In this document: in pieces, positions 1 through 10,424 of the stretch | How the letters are laid out: every line of letters begins with the position of its first letter | Numbering within the stretch: the first letter of the stretch is position 1 | From: Alphaproteobacteria bacterium | GTDB taxonomy: Bacteria > Pseudomonadota > Alphaproteobacteria > UBA6615 | Direction: 5' to 3' | NCBI GenBank assembly: GCA_050246875.1 | Contig: JBFWVF010000001.1 | Coordinates: forward strand, 146,566 to 210,565 | Length of the DNA stretch: 64,000 nucleotides | The notes under the pieces: generated by a model | The model's input: only the letters and a program-made list of their open reading frames with translations | Database searches by the model: none | What the model was told of the DNA's origin: nothing | Made by a program: the position numbers and the translations under genes

Positions 1-39
1 GCACCAGGCCGGAATTCGACCGCAAGCGGGTCTGAAGCC

Positions 40-1458
40 ATGCAGCACGTCGACTACGACACGCTCATCCCCAACAATGTCGGCCTCGCCGACGACCGCC
101 GCCTGCTGCGCGCGCTGGAGCACTGGCAGCCGGCCTATCTGCGCTGGTGGCAGGAACTGGGCCCCGACGGCGCGCTGGCGCACGAGGTCTATCTGCGTAC
201 CGCGGTCAGCGTCGAAACCTCGGGCTGGGCGCACTACGACTTCGTGCGCATGCCCGAGTATCGCTGGGGCATCTTCCTCGCGCCGGCCGAGGCCGACCGC
301 GTCATCCCCTTCGGCCGCCACAAGGGTGAGCCAGTGTGGCAGGACGTGCCCGGCGAGTATCGCACCGAACTGCGCCGCCTTATCGTAACCCAGGGGGATA
401 CGGAGCCCGCCTCGGTCGAGCAGCAGCGCCATCTCGGTGCCACCTGCCCGTCGCTCTACGACCTGCGTAACCTCTACCAGGTGAACGTCGAGGAAGGCCG
501 CCATCTCTGGGCGATGGTCTACCTGCTGCACGCCCATTTCGGCCGCGACGGCCGCGAGGAAGCCGAGGCGATGCTGTCGCGCCACGCCGGCGACCCCGAC
601 AAGCCGCGCATCCTGCAGGCGTTCAACGAGCCGACGACCGACTGGCTCTCGTTCTTCATGTTCACCTTCTTCCAGGACCGCGACGGCAAGTACCAGCTCG
701 CGGCGCTTGCCGAGTCCGGCTTCGACCCGCTGGCGCGCTCGTGCCGCTTCATGCTGACCGAGGAAGCGCATCACATGTTCGTCGGCGAGACCGGCGTCAT
801 GCGCGTCGTCCAGCGCGCCTGCGAGAAGATGAACGAGCACCGCACTGACGACATCCGGCCCTATGGCGGCATCGACCTGCCGACGATCCAGAAATGGATC
901 AACTTCCACTACTCGATCTGCCTCGACCTGTTCGGCCAGGAGGAGTCGACCAACGCCGCCAACTACTACTCCATGGGCCTGAAAGGCCGTTTTCAGGAGA
1001 CGCGCATCGGCGACGACCACGTGCTGGCCGACGCCGTCGCGCACGTCCCGGCCCTCGACGGCGACCGCATGGTCGAGCGCGAGGTGACGGCGCTCAAGGC
1101 GATGAACGAGACGCTGCGCTCGGCCTATGTCGAGGACAGCCAGCGCGGCATCGACCGCTTCAACAAGGTCATCCGTGACCACGGCATCGACGTCACGCTG
1201 CGCCTGCCGCACCGCGCGTTCCATCGCAACATCGGCGCCTTCGCCGGGGTGAAGGCGACGCCCGAGGGCAAGCTGATCTCGGCAGAGGAATGGAACCGCC
1301 GCCGTGGCGAGTGGCTGCCGACCGAGGCCGACCGCGCCTTCGTGTCCTCGCTGATGCGCCCGGTGCGCGAAGCCGGCAAGATGGCGGACTGGATCGCGCC
1401 GCCGAAGCGCGGCATACACGGCAAGCCGGTCGAGTTCGAGTACGTCCGCTTCCACTGA
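40..1458 (+). CDS. boxB: Benzoyl-CoA oxygenase/epoxidase component B (BoxB)
   Basis: 472 aa; N-terminal HVDYDTLIPNNV...WQPAYLRWWQELGPDG...YLRTAVSV and later RHLWAMVYLLHAHFGRDGREEAEAML match the BoxB di-iron family along the whole length. Confidence 0.88.
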   Translation: MQHVDYDTLIPNNVGLADDRRLLRALEHWQPAYLRWWQELGPDGALAHEVYLRTAVSVETSGWAHYDFVRMPEYRWGIFLAPAEADRVIPFGRHKGEPVWQDVPGEYRTELRRLIVTQGDTEPASVEQQRHLGATCPSLYDLRNLYQVNVEEGRHLWAMVYLLHAHFGRDGREEAEAMLSRHAGDPDKPRILQAFNEPTTDWLSFFMFTFFQDRDGKYQLAALAESGFDPLARSCRFMLTEEAHHMFVGETGVMRVVQRACEKMNEHRTDDIRPYGGIDLPTIQKWINFHYSICLDLFGQEESTNAANYYSMGLKGRFQETRIGDDHVLADAVAHVPALDGDRMVEREVTALKAMNETLRSAYVEDSQRGIDRFNKVIRDHGIDVTLRLPHRAFHRNIGAFAGVKATPEGKLISAEEWNRRRGEWLPTEADRAFVSSLMRPVREAGKMADWIAPPKRGIHGKPVEFEYVRFH

Positions 1459-1531
1459 CGCACGCGAATCGACCCTGACCTGCGGAGCGCGCCGGCAAGA
1501 GCCGCACCGCGATGGGGGAGGACGGGGCCGG

Positions 1532-3112
1532 ATGGCCGATCATGTCGTCGAGGTCGATGCGTCGAGCGTTCCGGCGCGGCTGCATTTCCCGCCGGTGTTC
1601 AACGTCGCCGTCCCGTTCGTCGACCGGCATCTCGCGGAAGGGCGCGGCGGCAAGGTGGCGATCCGCGCCACCTCGGGCGAGGACGTCACCTACGCCGCGC
1701 TGGCCGAGCGCGTGAACCGCGCCGGCAATGCGTTTGCCGGCCTCGGCCTCGCGCGCGGCGCCCGCGTGCTGATGATCGTCAAGGACTGCCCGGCCTTCTT
1801 CTACATCTTCTGGGGGGCGATCAAGGCCGGCTACGTGCCGGTGCCGCTGAACACGCTGCAGCGGGCGAAGGACTACGCCTTCGTCGTCGACAATTCGCGC
1901 GCCGCCTGCGTGCTGTGGTCGGCCGAGTTCGCCGCCGAGGCCGAACCGGCGCTCGCCGCCGCCACCCACCGGCCCGACCACTCCATGACCGTCGACGACT
2001 TTCTGGCGCTGACCGCCGGCGCCGCGCCGGACCTCGCGCCGGCCGGCACGACGGCCGACGAGGATTGCTTCTGGCTCTACACCTCGGGCTCCACCGGCAC
2101 GCCCAAGGGCGCCGTCCACGCCCACCGCGACATGGTGGTGACCAGCCGGCACTACGCCGTCGAGACCCTCGGCATCACCGGCGACGACATCCATTTCTCG
2201 GCCGCCAAGCTGTTCTTCGCCTACGGCCTCGGCAACGCCATGACCTTCCCGCTGTGGACGGGCGGGACGGCCGTGCTGTTCGACGCTCGGCCGACCCCTG
2301 CCGCCACCTTCGAGATCATCGCAACGTACCGGCCGACCGTGTACTACGGCGTGCCGACGCTCTACGCCGCGCAACTGCATGCGATGGAGAGCGCCACGCC
2401 GGATCTGTCGAGCGTCCGCCATTGCGTGTCGGCGGGCGAGCCGCTGCCGCCCAATCTGCTGACGCGGTGGCAGGAGAAGACCGGCCTGCCGATCCTCGAC
2501 GGCATCGGCACCACCGAGATCCTGCACATCTTCATCGCCAACGCGCCCGGCGCGTGGAAGGCCGGCACCTCGGGCCGGCTCGTGCCTGGCTACGAGGCGA
2601 AGATCGTCGATGACGACGGCGCGCCGGTGCCGCAGGGCGAGCAGGGCGCGCTGTGGATCAGGGGCGGCTCCGTCATCTCGCGCTACTGGGACGCCGCCGA
2701 CCGCACCGAGGCCGCCATCCGCGACGGCTGGATCCGCACCGGCGACACCTACTACGTCGATGGCGACGGCTACTTCGTCTGCTGCGGCCGCTCCGACGAC
2801 ATGCTCAAGGTCGGCGGCATCTGGTGCTCGCCGGTGGAGATCGAGGCGCGGCTGGTCGCCCACCCCGCCGTGCTCGAGGCAGCCGTGGTCGGCCGCGCCG
2901 ACGCCGACGGCCTGATCAAGCCGGAAGCCTGGATCGTGCTGAAGCCGGGCGCGGCGACGCCCGGCGGCGAACTGGAAACGGCGCTCACCGAGCACTGCCG
3001 CGCCGAACTGGCGCGCTGGAAGTTCCCGCGCTGGTACCGCTTCGTCGACGACCTGCCGAAGACCGCGACCGGCAAGATCCAGCGCTTCCGGCTGCGCGAG
3101 GAATCCAGGTAG
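1532..3112 (+). CDS. Benzoate-CoA ligase (AMP-binding / adenylate-forming family)
   Basis: 526 aa; AMP-binding motif YTSGSTGTPKG, C-terminal KTATGKIQR; lies immediately downstream of boxB as in box clusters. Confidence 0.85.
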   Translation: MADHVVEVDASSVPARLHFPPVFNVAVPFVDRHLAEGRGGKVAIRATSGEDVTYAALAERVNRAGNAFAGLGLARGARVLMIVKDCPAFFYIFWGAIKAGYVPVPLNTLQRAKDYAFVVDNSRAACVLWSAEFAAEAEPALAAATHRPDHSMTVDDFLALTAGAAPDLAPAGTTADEDCFWLYTSGSTGTPKGAVHAHRDMVVTSRHYAVETLGITGDDIHFSAAKLFFAYGLGNAMTFPLWTGGTAVLFDARPTPAATFEIIATYRPTVYYGVPTLYAAQLHAMESATPDLSSVRHCVSAGEPLPPNLLTRWQEKTGLPILDGIGTTEILHIFIANAPGAWKAGTSGRLVPGYEAKIVDDDGAPVPQGEQGALWIRGGSVISRYWDAADRTEAAIRDGWIRTGDTYYVDGDGYFVCCGRSDDMLKVGGIWCSPVEIEARLVAHPAVLEAAVVGRADADGLIKPEAWIVLKPGAATPGGELETALTEHCRAELARWKFPRWYRFVDDLPKTATGKIQRFRLREESR

Positions 3113-3115
3113 GGC

Positions 3116-3816
<701 letters not shown>

Positions 3817-3829
<13 letters not shown>

Positions 3830-4584
3830 TCGGCCTCGCCCTCGCCGAGATAGGCTTCGCGCACCTCGGCATTGGCGCGGATCTCGTCCGGCGTGCCGCT
3901 GGCGATGGCGCGGCCGTAGACCAGCACGGTGATGCGGTCGGCGAGCGCGAACACGGCGTCCATGTCGTGCTCGACCAGCAGCATCGTGTAGCGGCCCTTG
4001 AGCCCCTGCAGCAGCGTCACCATGCGCTGGCTCTCGTCCGGCCCCATGCCGGCCATCGGCTCGTCGAGCAGCAGCAGGCGCGGCTCGGTCGCCAGCGCCA
4101 TGGCGATCTCCAGCGCGCGCTGCTCGCCATGCGCCAGCGTGCCGGCCGGCACGTCGGCCCGCGCGCCGAGGCCGACGCGATCGAGCGCCGCGGCGGCCGG
4201 GTCGCGCAGCAGCGGATCGCTCGCCGCCGCCCGCCAGAAGCGGAAGGCGTGCGGTTCGCGCGCCTGCACGGCGAGCGCCACGTTGTCCGCCGCCGTCATG
4301 TCGCGGAAGATCGAGGTGATCTGGAATGCGCGGGCAAGGCCGAGGCGGGCGCGCGGCGCCGCGGCTAAGCGCGTGATGTCGCGCCCGGCGAAGGCGATCG
4401 TCCCGCCGTCCGCCCGCGCGAAGCCCGACAGCAGGTTGACCAGCGTGGTCTTGCCGGCGCCGTTGGGTCCGATCACCGCATGGATTTCGCCCGACGCCAC
4501 GTCGAGCCACAAATCGTCGGTGGCGACGAGGCCGCCGAAGCTCTTCATCAGGCCGCGCACGGCGAGCAGCGGGGCGGCGCTCAT
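3817..4584 (-). CDS. ABC transporter ATP-binding protein, LivG-like
   Basis: 255 aa starting MSAAPLLAVRGLMKSFGG; Walker A GPNGAGKTT; 13-nt overlap with the downstream livF-like gene. Confidence 0.85.
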
Positions 4585-5546
4585 CGTCCGTCTCCGCGGC
4601 CCGCGAACAGTCCCATCAGCCCGCCGCGCGCGAACAGCACGACCAGCACGAGGAACGGCCCGAAGACGACATGCCAGTGCTCGGTGAGCGAGGACAGCAG
4701 CTCCGACAGGATCAGGTAGGCCGCGGCACCGATCACCGGGCCGAACAGCGAGCCCATGCCGCCGAGCAGCACCATGAAGATTAGCTCGCCCGAGCGCGGC
4801 CAGTCCATCATGTCGGGGCTGACATAGCGCTCGACATTGGCCGTCAGCACGCCGGCGAGGCCGCAGATCATGCCGGACAGCACAAAGGCGGCGAGGCGGT
4901 AGCGGTAGGTGGGGATGCCGAGGGATTGCAGGCGCGTGTCGTTCGACTGCGAGGCGCGCAGCACCATGCCGAAGCGCGAGCGCACGATGCGCCCGCAGCC
5001 CCACAGCACCAGCAGCAGCAGCGCGAAGACGATGTAGTAGACCGTGATCGGATCGGTAACGGTGAGGTCGAGGCCGCCGATCGAGAAATCGCTGCGCCGG
5101 CGGATGTTGAGGCCGTCGTTGCTGCCGTAGTGCGAGGCCGACACGCCGAGGAAGTAGACCATCTGGGCGAAGGCCAGCGTGATCATGATGAAGTAGACCC
5201 CGCGCGTCCGCAGCGACACGGCGCCGAAGGCCAGCGCCGCGAGGCCCGACAGCGCGAGGGCCAGCGGCCACTGCACCCAGGCGCTGGTCTCGCCGTGGAA
5301 GGCGAGGATGGCGACGGTGTAGCCGCCGATGCCGACATAGGCGGCGTGGCCGAAGCTGACCATGCCGCCGAAGCCGAGGATGAGGTTGAGGCCCAGCGCG
5401 GCGATGGCCCACAGCATGACGCGGGCGAAGACCTGGATGTAGAACGGCTCGCCCAGCGCCGGCGCCAGCACCGGCATCCCCGCGCACAGCGCGAGGAAGG
5501 CGGCGGCCACGAGCGTCCGGCCGCGGAGGAGCGTCTGCCGGTCCAT
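4581..5546 (-). CDS. Branched-chain amino acid-type ABC permease, LivM-like
   Basis: 321 aa, multi-TM, typical LivM family; ATGA overlap with the livG-like start. Confidence 0.85.
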   Translation of the reverse strand: MDRQTLLRGRTLVAAAFLALCAGMPVLAPALGEPFYIQVFARVMLWAIAALGLNLILGFGGMVSFGHAAYVGIGGYTVAILAFHGETSAWVQWPLALALSGLAALAFGAVSLRTRGVYFIMITLAFAQMVYFLGVSASHYGSNDGLNIRRRSDFSIGGLDLTVTDPITVYYIVFALLLLVLWGCGRIVRSRFGMVLRASQSNDTRLQSLGIPTYRYRLAAFVLSGMICGLAGVLTANVERYVSPDMMDWPRSGELIFMVLLGGMGSLFGPVIGAAAYLILSELLSSLTEHWHVVFGPFLVLVVLFARGGLMGLFAGRGDGR

Positions 5547-5550
5547 GGTC

Positions 5551-6474
5551 TCAACCCCCGCGCGGCGAGAACAGGCCCTGCGGGCGGAAGAACAGCACGA
5601 CCGCCATCAGCACGTAGACCGCCATCGACGACAGCGCCGGCGCCGCGGTCGACGACGCCACCGGATTGAGGAAGAGATCGAGCAGGCTGCCGAGGAAGGC
5701 GCGGCCCATGGTATCGATGACGCCGGTCAGCAGCGCCGCGACGAAAGCGCCGCGGATCGAGCCGATGCCGCCGATGACGATGACGACGAAGGCGAGGATC
5801 AGCACGTGCTCGCCCATGCCGACCTGGGCAAGGCTGATCGGCGCCACCATCATGCCGGCGAGCCCGGCCAGCATGGCGCCGAGCCCGAATACCAGCGTGA
5901 ACAGCAGCTTGATGTCGACGCCGAGCGCGCCGGCCATGGTGCGGTTGGAGGCGCCGGCACGGATCAGCATGCCGAGCCGGGTCCGCGCGACCAGCCAGTA
6001 GAGGCCGATCGCGACGGCGAGGCCGACAGCGATGATGGCCAGCCGGTAGACGGGATACTGGATGCCGAGCGGCAGCGTCACCGCCGTCGACAGGAACTGC
6101 GGCAGCGGCACGGCGAGGCCGGCCGGCCCCCAGACCAGCCGCACCGCCTCGTTGAAGAACAGGATCAGGCCGAAGGTCGCCAGCACCTGGTCGAGATGGC
6201 CTCGCGCATAGAGGGTGCGCAACGCCACCACCTCGACGACGAGACCGACGACGAGGGTGGCCGGCAAAGCCAGCAGGACGCCGAGCACGAAGGAGTCGGT
6301 CCAGCCGGTGAACGTCGCGGCGAGGAAGGCCCCGACCATGTAGATCGAGCCATGGGCCAGGTTGACGAGGTCCATGATGCCGAAGACGAGCGTCAGCCCC
6401 GCCGCCAGCAGGAACAGCAGGACGCCGAGCTGCAGCCCGTTGAGGAGCTGCTCGACGACGAGGGCGACGCTCAT
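5551..6474 (-). CDS. Branched-chain amino acid-type ABC permease, LivH-like
   Basis: Start placed at MSVALVVEQLLNGLQLG (internal M of track ORF 5551..6489); hydrophobic LivH-like sequence. Confidence 0.8.
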   Translation of the reverse strand: MSVALVVEQLLNGLQLGVLLFLLAAGLTLVFGIMDLVNLAHGSIYMVGAFLAATFTGWTDSFVLGVLLALPATLVVGLVVEVVALRTLYARGHLDQVLATFGLILFFNEAVRLVWGPAGLAVPLPQFLSTAVTLPLGIQYPVYRLAIIAVGLAVAIGLYWLVARTRLGMLIRAGASNRTMAGALGVDIKLLFTLVFGLGAMLAGLAGMMVAPISLAQVGMGEHVLILAFVVIVIGGIGSIRGAFVAALLTGVIDTMGRAFLGSLLDLFLNPVASSTAAPALSSMAVYVLMAVVLFFRPQGLFSPRGG

Positions 6475-6553
6475 GTCCGGTCCGCGCAACTGCCGGGGCG
6501 GCGGCTGCGGCGGCCAACCCCGGCCGCCGCACGCCGCCGCGCCCGGACGATGC

Positions 6554-7729
6554 CTACATCTTGCACTCGGCGGCCGACGGATCGACGTGATCCTTCAGCA
6601 CCACGCCGACGGTCTTGGTCGTCCAGTTGCCCTCGGCATCGGCGACCACCTCGCGGGCATAGAAGTCCTGGATCGGGAAGTGGTTCTTGCCGAACTTGAA
6701 CTTGCCGCGCACAGACGGCCACTTGGCCTCGAGCAGCGACTTGCGCCACGTCGTCGCGTCCTTCGGCAGGCCGCCCGCGGCCTCGACCGCGCCCTTGATG
6801 AGGAAGATCGAGTCGTAGGCCTGCGCCGCGTAGAACGACGGGTAGGTCTTGTGCTTGGCCTTGAAGTCGGCGACGAAGCGCTTGTTCTGCGCGTTGTCGA
6901 GGTCCGGCACCCAGAACTGCGTCATCACCGTGCCGAGCACGTGGTCCATCTTCGCCTGCTGCAGGCGCGGCAGGGCGATCGCGTCGATGGTGTAGACCGT
7001 GTACAGCGGGATGTCGTGCATGCCCGCCTGCTCGTACTGCTTCAGGAACGCGGGGCCGTGCGCGCCCGGGTAGAAGGCGAACACGCCGTCTGGCTTCGCC
7101 GCCTTGGCCTTGGTGAACTCGGCCGCCCAGTCCATCTGCGCCGGCCACGTCGTGTAGTCCTCGCCGGCGACGGTGCCCTTGAAGGTGCGCTTGACGCCGG
7201 CGACCATGTCCTTGCCTGCGGCGTAGTTGGGCGCGATGGTGTAGAGCGACTTCACGCCCTTCTGGTTGAGCAGTTCACCCATCGCCATCGGCGTCTGGTC
7301 GTTCTGCCACGACACGTTGAAGAAATTGGGGTGGCAGTCCTTGCCGGCGAGCTGCGACGGGCCGGCGTTGGCGCTGATGAGGATCTTGTCGGCATCAAGC
7401 ACGACCGGCGCCGAGGCCAGCAGCACGTTCGACCACAGATAGCCGGCGATGAGATCGACCTTGTCGCTGGTCACCAGCTTCTCGGTCGCCTGCTTGCCCT
7501 TCTGCGGATTGAACTCGTCGTCGGCATAGACGATCTCGACCTCGAGCCCGCCCATCTTGCGACCGATATGCTCGACCGCCAGCTCGACGGCCTTGCGCTG
7601 ATCCTCGCCGATGATCGCGGCTGGCGTCGTCAGCGTGGTGAGAAACCCGATCCTGATCTTGTCCGCAGCGAGCGCCGGGCTCGCCAGCAGCGCGGCGGCG
7701 GCCGCCGCCGCCATCATCCGTCCGTACAT
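6554..7729 (-). CDS. ABC transporter periplasmic substrate-binding protein (Leu/Ile/Val-binding family; likely benzoate or aromatic acid uptake)
   Basis: Start at MYGRMMAAAAAAALLASPALA (signal peptide) inside track ORF 6554..7870; type I periplasmic binding fold; first gene of the SBP-H-M-G-F operon convergent with the box genes. Confidence 0.8.
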   Translation of the reverse strand: MYGRMMAAAAAAALLASPALAADKIRIGFLTTLTTPAAIIGEDQRKAVELAVEHIGRKMGGLEVEIVYADDEFNPQKGKQATEKLVTSDKVDLIAGYLWSNVLLASAPVVLDADKILISANAGPSQLAGKDCHPNFFNVSWQNDQTPMAMGELLNQKGVKSLYTIAPNYAAGKDMVAGVKRTFKGTVAGEDYTTWPAQMDWAAEFTKAKAAKPDGVFAFYPGAHGPAFLKQYEQAGMHDIPLYTVYTIDAIALPRLQQAKMDHVLGTVMTQFWVPDLDNAQNKRFVADFKAKHKTYPSFYAAQAYDSIFLIKGAVEAAGGLPKDATTWRKSLLEAKWPSVRGKFKFGKNHFPIQDFYAREVVADAEGNWTTKTVGVVLKDHVDPSAAECKM

Positions 7730-7863
7730 CGCCGTTTCCTCCCCTCCGTTTGCCCGTCGCGATCGGCGCGCCCCTCGTCCTGAACCGGGCCGGTCAGGCG
7801 AACGCCTTGCATGGCTTGAGCCTATCGCGAAGCCCGGGAAACCGGAAATGGAAACAATTAGTC

Positions 7864-7880
7864 TCGCCAATGATTGGCGA
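7864..7880. promoter_or_regulatory. Perfect 8-1-8 palindrome TCGCCAAT-G-ATTGGCGA in the promoter region of the ABC uptake operon
   Basis: Read directly from the sequence; lies about 135 nt upstream of the SBP start codon and 46 nt downstream of the AsnC-like gene stop, followed by an AT-rich stretch aattaaataa. Confidence 0.3.
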
Positions 7881-7925
7881 AATTAAATAACTGCCGGCGA
7901 CCGGCGGCCGCCCTCGCGGGGCCGC

Positions 7926-8168
7926 TCAGGCGAAGGCCTTGAAGCAGATCAGCGTGAAGGTGTCGCGGACATGCGGCAGCGTCTGCAGTTCGGTCGTGAC
8001 GAAGTGCCCGACATCGACGTCGTCGGGCAGGTAGCACTTCATCAGCAGGTCGAACTGCCCCGAGGTCGAATAGACCTCCGAGACGTGCTCGACCCGGTCG
8101 ACCGCCTCCTCGGCGACCTCGTAGGCCTTGCCGAGCGCGCACTTCACCTGGACGAAGATCGTCTGCAT
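7926..8168 (-). CDS. Stand-alone AsnC/Lrp-type ligand-binding (RAM) domain protein, no HTH
   Basis: About 80 aa, MQTIFVQVKCALGKAYEVAEE...VYSTSGQFDLLMKCY matches the C-terminal regulatory domain of Lrp/AsnC; in-frame upstream extension reaches a stop at 8325 without any HTH-like sequence. Confidence 0.6.
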   Translation of the reverse strand: MQTIFVQVKCALGKAYEVAEEAVDRVEHVSEVYSTSGQFDLLMKCYLPDDVDVGHFVTTELQTLPHVRDTFTLICFKAFA

Positions 8169-8326
8169 CGCGGCCGGACGGTAACCGCTGGCCACGGCAC
8201 GGGCAAGCGACGCTCCGCCCATGCCGCGTGGGCACAGGCGATGGGCTGTCTTATCGGGCGCGGCACGGTTAACGCGGTGGAGGGCGCTGCCTAGACTGCG
8301 CCTCCCATCGTTCAGGAACCGGCGTC

Positions 8327-9310
8327 ATGGATTTCGTCTACACACCGCTTTCCGAGCCCGACCGGAAGCTTCTCGTCGAAGGACACCAGCATCCGGAGAT
8401 GGTGGCGACCCTTGCCGAACTGGCGGCGAGCGGCGTGCCGCCGCGCGCGCGCGACCGCGACGGCGACCGCGAGGACATCGGCGGCCTCGCCGTGACCCAT
8501 CGCTTCGTCGAGGCGCCGGGCGAGTGCGAGACCGTCGGCTGGCACTATGTCGAGGCCGGTGCCGGCGAACCGCTGGTGCTGCTGCACGGCATCCCGCAGT
8601 CGTGGCACATGTGGGCGCCGGTGCTGCCGGAACTGGCGAAGCACTTCCGCTGCATCGCCATCGACCTCAAGGGTTACGGCCAGTCGCACAAGGGGCGCGG
8701 CGACTTCCGCCACGAGGGCGCGGCGATGCAGATGCTCGCCCTGCTCGACACCATCGGCGTCGGCCGCTTCGCCCTGTTCAGCCACGACCGCGGCACGATG
8801 CAGGCCGACTACATGGTCGCCGCCGATCCGGCGCGGATCACCCGCTGGATTCGCGGCTCGCAGCATTTCGTGCGTTTCCACCCCGACCTGGCGCCGCAGG
8901 AACACCTGTTCACCGGGCTGGAGACGCGCGGCGTGCTGCAGGATCCACTGCGGCTGATGACCTACATGTTCGGCCGGCTGTGCAAGTACCCGCTGCCGCG
9001 CGAACAGGTTGTGCGCGCCATCCAGGAGTGGCGGCCCGGCACCGGCCTCGCCGTCGAGCGCTATTTCCAGTCCTCGACTTTCCGCAAGGACTGGATCGAG
9101 CGCTGCACCCGCCTGATCCCGCGCTGGACCTGCCCGACGCTGATGCTCCAGGGCAGCGAGGAGCCGCCGATGCCGAAGGCCAACTACATCGGCGTCGAGC
9201 ATCACCTGCCAAACGGCCGCATCGACTTCGTCGATGCCGGCCATTTCTACATCGAGGAAAATCCGGCCGGTACGCTCGCCGCCGCCCTGCCCTTCCTGAC
9301 CGCGCGGTAG
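8327..9310 (+). CDS. Alpha/beta hydrolase (epoxide hydrolase / haloalkane dehalogenase-like)
   Basis: 327 aa; HGIPQSWHMW motif and an alpha/beta-fold nucleophile-elbow region. Confidence 0.8.
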   Translation: MDFVYTPLSEPDRKLLVEGHQHPEMVATLAELAASGVPPRARDRDGDREDIGGLAVTHRFVEAPGECETVGWHYVEAGAGEPLVLLHGIPQSWHMWAPVLPELAKHFRCIAIDLKGYGQSHKGRGDFRHEGAAMQMLALLDTIGVGRFALFSHDRGTMQADYMVAADPARITRWIRGSQHFVRFHPDLAPQEHLFTGLETRGVLQDPLRLMTYMFGRLCKYPLPREQVVRAIQEWRPGTGLAVERYFQSSTFRKDWIERCTRLIPRWTCPTLMLQGSEEPPMPKANYIGVEHHLPNGRIDFVDAGHFYIEENPAGTLAAALPFLTAR

Positions 9311-9322
9311 GCCTGCCCCGCG

Positions 9323-10297
9323 TCAGTGCAGGCGCGGCGCCTTCAGGAAGCTGTGGCGGTCGGCCGAGCGCACCGAGACGTCGACGCGCGCGCCGTCGCG
9401 GACGAGGTGCAACGGGACGTCGACCCCGGCCGTGCCGAGCGCCCAGACGCGCCGGAAGAAGCCGGCGAGATCGCGCACCGGCGAACCGTCGAGGCCGAGC
9501 ACGATGTCGCCGGTCTCGACGCCGGCCCGCCGCGCCGGCCCGCCGTCGTAGGTGCCGGCGACGACGAGGCAGTTCTCCGTCTCGGCGACGGTCATGCCGA
9601 GCCACGGGCGCGGCGGCCGCTGCACCCGGCCGTACATCAGCAGGTCGTCGAGGATCGGCTGCAGCAGGTCGATCGGCACGATCATGTTGCCGTCGACCTC
9701 CTCGTTGCCCGGCATCACCTGGCGCATGTAGAGCGAGCCGATGCCGGCCAGCCGCCCGTCGCGGTCGACCAGCGCGGCGCCGCTCCAGGTCGGGTGCGGC
9801 GGCGAGGTGAAGATGGCCTCGTCAAGCACGTATTCCCACGATCCGGCGAACTCGCGCTTGGCGACGACCTGCACGCGCGAGGCGTGCTTGCGTCCGCCCT
9901 GGGCCGCCACCAGCGCCTTGTCGCCGACCCGCAGCGCGTCGACCGAGCCGATCTCCAGCGCCGGAATGTCGAGCCGGCCCAGCGCCTGCACGAGGCCGAG
10001 GCCGCTCGCCTGGTCATAGCCGACGAGATGGGCCGAGACGGCCTGGCCGTTGTTCGCCGTGAGCCAGATCGAACTGGCCTCGGTGACGAGATAGCCGATG
10101 GTGAGGACGAGCCCGTCCTCGCGGATCATCACGCCCTGCCCCTCGCGCTGGGTGCCAAGGACGGCGGCGGTGAAGGCATCGTCCGGCACGCGCGAGCGCA
10201 GCGACACCACGGCCGACAGCGCGCGGTCGAGGTCGAAGGTCCAGTCCTCCGGCCGTGGCTGGAACGACGGGCGGATTTCAGGCTTGGCATCGGACAT
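9323..10297 (-). CDS. Trypsin-like serine protease with C-terminal PDZ domain (S1C family), no signal peptide
   Basis: 324 aa; TSPPHPTWSGAALVDRDGRLAGIGS serine-protease segment and C-terminal PDZ-like GDIVLGLDGSPV. Confidence 0.7.
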   Translation of the reverse strand: MSDAKPEIRPSFQPRPEDWTFDLDRALSAVVSLRSRVPDDAFTAAVLGTQREGQGVMIREDGLVLTIGYLVTEASSIWLTANNGQAVSAHLVGYDQASGLGLVQALGRLDIPALEIGSVDALRVGDKALVAAQGGRKHASRVQVVAKREFAGSWEYVLDEAIFTSPPHPTWSGAALVDRDGRLAGIGSLYMRQVMPGNEEVDGNMIVPIDLLQPILDDLLMYGRVQRPPRPWLGMTVAETENCLVVAGTYDGGPARRAGVETGDIVLGLDGSPVRDLAGFFRRVWALGTAGVDVPLHLVRDGARVDVSVRSADRHSFLKAPRLH

Positions 10298-10424
10298 GGC
10301 GTGCGGAACCCCCGCAGGCTGATTGCTGTCACGCGGCGACGTGGCCCCCGGGCGCCGCCACGGATTCGCAATACTACCACGCCACCGCCGTCATGCACCC
10401 CGCGCTGAACGCAGCGAATCGGCC

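Noticed and set aside
1193-2995. 600-aa ORF antisense to the benzoate-CoA ligase gene
   Set aside because: Arg/Gly/Ala-rich low-complexity translation typical of antisense frames in high-GC DNA; the sense strand encodes a clearly recognisable AMP-binding enzyme
8221-9810. 529-aa ORF spanning the alpha/beta hydrolase and the protease region
   Set aside because: Arg/Pro-rich nonsense sequence; overlaps two well-supported genes on both strands
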